From assembly GCA_050012255.1 (NCBI GenBank), contig JBEKHN010000016.1:1-54053 (forward strand): DNA of 54,053 nt, written 5' to 3'. Position 1 is the first letter of the stretch; each line of letters starts with the position of its first letter. The stretch comes from Candidatus Bathyarchaeia archaeon (lineage in GTDB: Archaea; Thermoproteota; Bathyarchaeia; Bathyarchaeales; Bathycorpusculaceae). The position numbers and the translations under genes were made by a program. Positions 49,386 through 54,053 of this stretch are shown piece after piece. Under the pieces are notes generated by a model. The model searched no databases and was not told the DNA's origin. It saw only the letters and a list, made by a program, of their open reading frames with translations.

Positions 49386-51221
49386 ATGTTCGGTTGGAAC
49401 GGCAAGCTCTTGCACGTAAACCTGAACAAGGGTAAAGGCGTTGCGGACAAGTATGAAGCGGGAATGGCCAAGAATTTTCTAGGAGGCAGGGGCTTTGCAG
49501 CCAAAATTCTCTGGGATGAGCTTAAACCTGGGATCGACCCGTTGTCGCCAGAAAACAAACTTGTCTTTGCCGCTGGTCCTCTGACGGGCTTCACACTGCC
49601 GAGCAGTGGCAAGCTGGTTGTGGCCGCGAAAAGTCCGCTAACGTGGGGCTACGGAGACGGAAATGTGGGAACCTTTGCCGCTGTTCACATGCGCAAAGCA
49701 GGTTTTGACGCTGTCATAGTGGAGGGCAAGGCTCGTGACCCTGTTGTGTTGGTTGTTCGAGACGAGTCAGCTGCGTTTCTTGACGCCAAAGACCTATGGG
49801 GTCTGAATTCTTTTGAAACGGAGAGGAAATTGGCAGAAGTCTACGGGCGCACAGTCGGCATCCTCTGCATAGGCCAAGGTGGAGAGAACCTGGTGAAGTA
49901 TGCGAACATAGTTTCTCAGGAGGGGCGGGCAGGCGGCAGACCTGGTATGGGGGCTGTTATGGGGGCTAAGAACCTTAAGGCAGTCGTGTTCATCGGCTCT
50001 AACGAGGTGCCCGCTGCCTATCCGAATGAGGTGAAGGAGTTGGGGGCGGAAGCCATGCGAGAGGTTTTAACCAAGCCTAACTATGCCTTCTGGAAACGTC
50101 AAGGCACCATGAGCACGATTGAATGGAGCCAAGAGAACAGTGTGCTGCCGACTTACAATTACAGTGAAGCCGTTTTTCAAGAGGCAGACGCCATAGGCGG
50201 GTTTGCTATGGAGAAGATAAAAGTTTCTAATCGTGGGTGCCCGCAGTGTAACATGACGTGCGGCAACGTCGTGAAGGATTCTGACAGGAAAGAGTCGGAG
50301 CTTGACTACGAGAATGTTGCGATGTTGGGTTCAAACATCGGACTTGGCAACTTGAAACGGGTTGCAGCGCTAAACAGAGTTGCGGATGAGTATGGTTTGG
50401 ACACGATTTCTTTGGGCAACGTCCTTGGGTTTGCGATGGAAGCCTCAGAAAGAGGACTGATCGCGGAGAAGGTTCCGTGGGGCATGTTCAAAGCGGCTAA
50501 AGCCTTGATCAAGGACATTGCTTACAGACGAGGCTACTTGGGCAACCTCTTGGCAGACGGCGTCTATTCCGCTTCTCAGGAGATAGGTCACGATTCAAGC
50601 CGTTGGGCTATGCACGTGAAAGGCTTGGAGGTTTCAGGTTATGATTGCCACACCACACCTGCAATGGCGTTGTCGTACGGAACCTGTTCCATCGGTGCTC
50701 ATCACAAGGATGCATGGGTTATTTCTTGGGAAGTGAAGGTTGGCCGCAGGGGCTACACCGCGGAAAAGGTTGACAAAGTGATTGAGCTTCAGCGCGTCCG
50801 CGGCGGAGTGTTTGAGTGTTTAACCGTTTGCAGGCTTCCATGGGTAGAATTGGGCTTTGAGCTTGAATGGTACCCGAAACTGTTGCATGCGGCAACGGGC
50901 ATCGAGATGCCGTGGGACGCCTTGAACTTGATCGGCGACAGGGTTCTCAACTTGATCCGCGCCTTTTGGATCCGCGAGTTCGGCAAGAAGTGGAATTCCG
51001 AAATGGATGCTCCCCCGCCCAGGTGGTTCGAGGAGCCGTTGACAGAAGGTCCCATGAAGGGAACGAAACTCGACAGGGCCAAGTACGAGTCCATGCTGCA
51101 GGTGTATTATCGGAAAAGAGGCTGGGACGAGCATGGAATACCGCGGAAGTCAACTCTGAACAGACTTGGGCTGAAGGACGTCGCACATGATCTGCGCAGC
51201 CACGTAAAATTGTTGGATTAG
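49386..51221 (+). CDS. tungsten aldehyde:ferredoxin oxidoreductase family protein
   Basis: GGRG, KSPLT, GAVMGAKNLKA, CPQCNMTC, DEYGLDTIS. Confidence 0.94.
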   Translation: MFGWNGKLLHVNLNKGKGVADKYEAGMAKNFLGGRGFAAKILWDELKPGIDPLSPENKLVFAAGPLTGFTLPSSGKLVVAAKSPLTWGYGDGNVGTFAAVHMRKAGFDAVIVEGKARDPVVLVVRDESAAFLDAKDLWGLNSFETERKLAEVYGRTVGILCIGQGGENLVKYANIVSQEGRAGGRPGMGAVMGAKNLKAVVFIGSNEVPAAYPNEVKELGAEAMREVLTKPNYAFWKRQGTMSTIEWSQENSVLPTYNYSEAVFQEADAIGGFAMEKIKVSNRGCPQCNMTCGNVVKDSDRKESELDYENVAMLGSNIGLGNLKRVAALNRVADEYGLDTISLGNVLGFAMEASERGLIAEKVPWGMFKAAKALIKDIAYRRGYLGNLLADGVYSASQEIGHDSSRWAMHVKGLEVSGYDCHTTPAMALSYGTCSIGAHHKDAWVISWEVKVGRRGYTAEKVDKVIELQRVRGGVFECLTVCRLPWVELGFELEWYPKLLHAATGIEMPWDALNLIGDRVLNLIRAFWIREFGKKWNSEMDAPPPRWFEEPLTEGPMKGTKLDRAKYESMLQVYYRKRGWDEHGIPRKSTLNRLGLKDVAHDLRSHVKLLD

Positions 51222-51235
51222 AAGAGAAGCTTATC

Positions 51236-52699
51236 TTAGTATGCTATTGCCGTCCTGACGATTGAATCCGCCTTCTCACCGCAGACCACGCATTTTCCCA
51301 TGGTACTTTCTTTCACATCCTCTGGAACACCCAGAACTCGAGCGCCGGTGACCTCTTCAAGTTTGTGTCCGCACTCCGTTTTTCCGCACCATGGAACCTC
51401 AACGATTCCGGCACGTTTGTCCAAGAGCTTCTTTGCCTCTTCCAGTTTTTCAGTGTGGTAAACCCGTTGCTTTGTGTATTGCCAAGCTTTCCGTGTCATG
51501 TCAGCGGTCATTTTCTCTTCAGTCTTACTGAGGAGTTCTGCGAGCTCATTTCGTTTACACGTCTGCTTTTCCAAAGTGTCGCGTCTGACAACGGTGGCTT
51601 CGCCTTTTTCAATGTCCCTTGGACCAATTTCAACCCGCATTGGAACGCCTCTGAGTTCCCAGTCGAAGTATTTTGACCCAGGTGTGATGTCCTCTCTCAG
51701 GTCAGCGTCAACTCTGAACCCTCCCTCTTTCAGTTCTCTTACAACGCTCAGACATTCCTTGTTTACCTGCTCTGCCTTGCCCTTGTACGGGATCGGGATG
51801 ACTATTACCTGTGTTGGCGCGACTTTGGGCGGCAGGATTGTTCCATGGTCGTCACCGTGCATGATTAGGACTGATGCTATTCCCCTGCCTGAGATTCCAG
51901 CGCACGTTTGCCAGACGTGTTCTCTGTCGCCGTCCCTTGTTTCGTATGAAACGTCGAAAGCCTTGGAGAAGTGTTGGCCAAGGTTGTGAACCGTTCCGAT
52001 CTGCAGCGTTCTGCCGTCGGGGCATATCATGTCAAACGCGGTTGAGTACTTCGCGCCTGCAAACTTGTCCCATTCTGGCCTCCTTGAGATGCAGTAGGCT
52101 ACGCACAGTTCGTCGAAGATTTTCTTGTAGTTGTCTATCTCTTCTTGCACTTCAGCTTCTGCCTCTTCGGCCGTGGCATGCGCCGTGTGTGCTTCTTTGA
52201 AGTCGAATTCACGCATCCTCAGGATGGGTCTTGTGGCTTTGGTTTCAAACCTGAAAACAGTAACGATTTGGTAGAGTTTCAACGGCAAGTCTGTGTAGGA
52301 GCGTATCCACAGGCGTTCCATAGGACCGATGATCGTTTCGCTCGTGGGCCTCAGGGCCAGCCGCTGTTTCAGTTGCCTCTGTCCTCCGTGGGTGACCCAG
52401 AAAACCTGTGCTTCAAACCCTTCAACGTGTTCAGCCTCCTTCTGCAGCGAAGACTCAGGAATCAGAAGCGGAAAAAGTGCTTCATGATGCCCCGTCGAGT
52501 CCAGCTGGTTTCGAATCACTCGAAACACGTTTTCACGTATCTTGAACCCATAGGGAAGCCACACTGCCAATCCTTTGATCGGATACCTGTAATCGAAGAT
52601 TTTTCCTTCAATCAAAACGTTTCTAAACCATCTACCGAAATGCTTACCCCACTTTTCCCTTGAGACAGCCTTTTCACTAGTCTTTGCCATTTTTGACAT
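51236..52699 (-). CDS. proS: proline--tRNA ligase (archaeal/eukaryal type)
   Basis: [24 protein letters not shown]-terminal ...AY. Confidence 0.96.
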   Translation of the reverse strand: MSKMAKTSEKAVSREKWGKHFGRWFRNVLIEGKIFDYRYPIKGLAVWLPYGFKIRENVFRVIRNQLDSTGHHEALFPLLIPESSLQKEAEHVEGFEAQVFWVTHGGQRQLKQRLALRPTSETIIGPMERLWIRSYTDLPLKLYQIVTVFRFETKATRPILRMREFDFKEAHTAHATAEEAEAEVQEEIDNYKKIFDELCVAYCISRRPEWDKFAGAKYSTAFDMICPDGRTLQIGTVHNLGQHFSKAFDVSYETRDGDREHVWQTCAGISGRGIASVLIMHGDDHGTILPPKVAPTQVIVIPIPYKGKAEQVNKECLSVVRELKEGGFRVDADLREDITPGSKYFDWELRGVPMRVEIGPRDIEKGEATVVRRDTLEKQTCKRNELAELLSKTEEKMTADMTRKAWQYTKQRVYHTEKLEEAKKLLDKRAGIVEVPWCGKTECGHKLEEVTGARVLGVPEDVKESTMGKCVVCGEKADSIVRTAIAY

Positions 52700-52953
52700 T
52701 TAGGTCTCTCCCTTGTCTTCTACTGCTAGAATATAATTCTACCGTGAAACCTTTCCTGAAATGAGCTGAGTCTCTCAAGAATTTAGCAACGTGGAACGCA
52801 ATCGCCCATTTCAACCACTCGCCACAACATTGCAAGAAGAAGCTATTAAACATTTTCTCGTCGGGGTACTGTTAAGTTAAGTTACCCGCCCAGAGGATGG
52901 AGAAAACTTGATTAGGTTCCTTCTCCAATGTGTCTATGGAGCAGTGTTAGCAG

Positions 52954-53520
52954 ATGGGTATAGCCCGATGGTTTTCCACTGTTTTAGTATTTTTGATGGT
53001 TTGTGTAATACTCTGCCCACTGGTCGCAAAAGGAGACGATACTTTCACTCCTACTATGCCGACCCGTCCACTCCCACAAGATGTGAACAATAACGGCATA
53101 GCAGACACTCTTGACCAAGAAATTGCTGAAAAAATAGCGAGTGGTGAAGGCGATGAGTACGTAAACGTCGTGGTCATGCTGGAACACGAACCATCAAGCC
53201 TAGACTTAGGGGCGTTTGTCTCAGCAGGGGGAAAAGTGACTGCGGGACCATGGAAATACGCCATCTACGGATTCGGCGGGTCAATACAATATGACAAGAT
53301 CGACAGCTTCGCCCAGAATTGCTCCGACTTGATTTTCATAGAGAAGGATGCGGTGTTTGGCATAGGACCACCCCCATATCAAACCATTCCTGAGTATTCA
53401 GCTCAGACACTGCTCTTTGCTATGATAGGTATTGTCTTCTTAATCTTCTCTGCAAAGAAAATCGCTCAGAACAAGAAAAGGAGTTATCTCCCTAGAGTTC
53501 CTGAAAGCCCCCACAACTGA
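52954..53520 (+). CDS. secreted subtilase-prodomain-like protein with PEF-CTERM-like anchor
   Basis: Signal peptide, DVNNNGIAD, VNVVVML...YGFGG...FIEKD, then IPEY + TM + basic residues; no catalytic domain. Confidence 0.65.
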   Translation: MGIARWFSTVLVFLMVCVILCPLVAKGDDTFTPTMPTRPLPQDVNNNGIADTLDQEIAEKIASGEGDEYVNVVVMLEHEPSSLDLGAFVSAGGKVTAGPWKYAIYGFGGSIQYDKIDSFAQNCSDLIFIEKDAVFGIGPPPYQTIPEYSAQTLLFAMIGIVFLIFSAKKIAQNKKRSYLPRVPESPHN

Positions 53521-53552
53521 GAGACTTCATTTACTCCCAAGAACTGCTATGC

Positions 53553-53678
53553 CTATTTGATTTTCACTTTTTCCATGACCCGCTTTTCATATTCCTCTCG
53601 CGTCAAGATTCCTTTTTCCTCTAATAATTCAACGAGACTATCGAGCATGGTTTCTAAGAGGTCTATTTCCTCTGACAT
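53553..53678 (-). CDS. 41-aa helical protein, SHOCT-like
   Basis: MSEEIDLLETMLDSLVELLEEKGILTREEYEKRVMEKVKIK*; not in ORF track. Confidence 0.7.
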   Translation of the reverse strand: MSEEIDLLETMLDSLVELLEEKGILTREEYEKRVMEKVKIK

Positions 53679-54053
53679 TTTTCGGCCATCCTTAGGAATA
53701 GCGATTTGGTCAGAACTAGAATAAGAACATTGAGCGTTTGTTAACTTCCTAGAGAAGCAAATGACAGAACCTTTAGGCCATGTCCTTTAACTTAACAGTG
53801 TCTCTCGTCGGGTTCTGGTAACTTCATAGGCGATAAAGTTTCCTGTTAAGAATCGGGCGATAAAAGAACTGTTCTGCTTCTCCATGTTAGCTGTCGGGTG
53901 ATGAACTGAATAGACAGAAAAAAGATGGGAATTTTAGTTACTTCGCGTTTTCCGCGTGATATTGCAATTCATTTCATTTTTTCTCTCTCGTTCTTGCATT
54001 TCTTTCTTGTTTCGCATATATCGCATGTTTTTCACTTCCTTACTGTTTAAGCT

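Larger units (their letters stand above)
52865..53802. mobile_element. non-autonomous TIR-bounded cassette (938 bp) with 9-bp TSD
   Basis: TIRs GGTACTGTTAAGTTAA / GACACTGTTAAGTTAA (14/16); TCTCGTCGG at 52856-52864 and 53803-53811. Confidence 0.85.

Overview
Archaeal chromosomal window, most consistent with Bathyarchaeia (inferred from the archaeal information-processing genes, a two-intron tRNA, AOR/ACD and several dockerin proteins). A core backbone (infB, SAMP/MoaD, thermosome, tRNA-Glu, htpX, thyX, cofE-like, acdA, ribK, ino1, tfe, trm56, hflX, mbf1, nac, pfkB, thrS, ilvE, AOR, proS) is interrupted by three accessory blocks. Each block carries one secreted dockerin protein and lies next to a duplicated or decayed copy of a core gene's 3' end (top6A remnant, tRNA-Glu, pfkB); no integrase or transposase is visible in the window. 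The dockerin repeats all share an identical 'DIYD' motif, one protein carries dockerin and cohesin in tandem, and the recognisable catalytic cargo is peptidase-like, suggesting a cohesin-dockerin proteolytic surface complex. Two blocks share the order membrane-tethered wHTH regulator > membrane-anchored protein > dockerin protein. A 938-bp transposase-less cassette with TIRs and a 9-bp TSD and a 194-bp MITE-like element are also visible. All calls are from motif recognition by eye; no searches were run.
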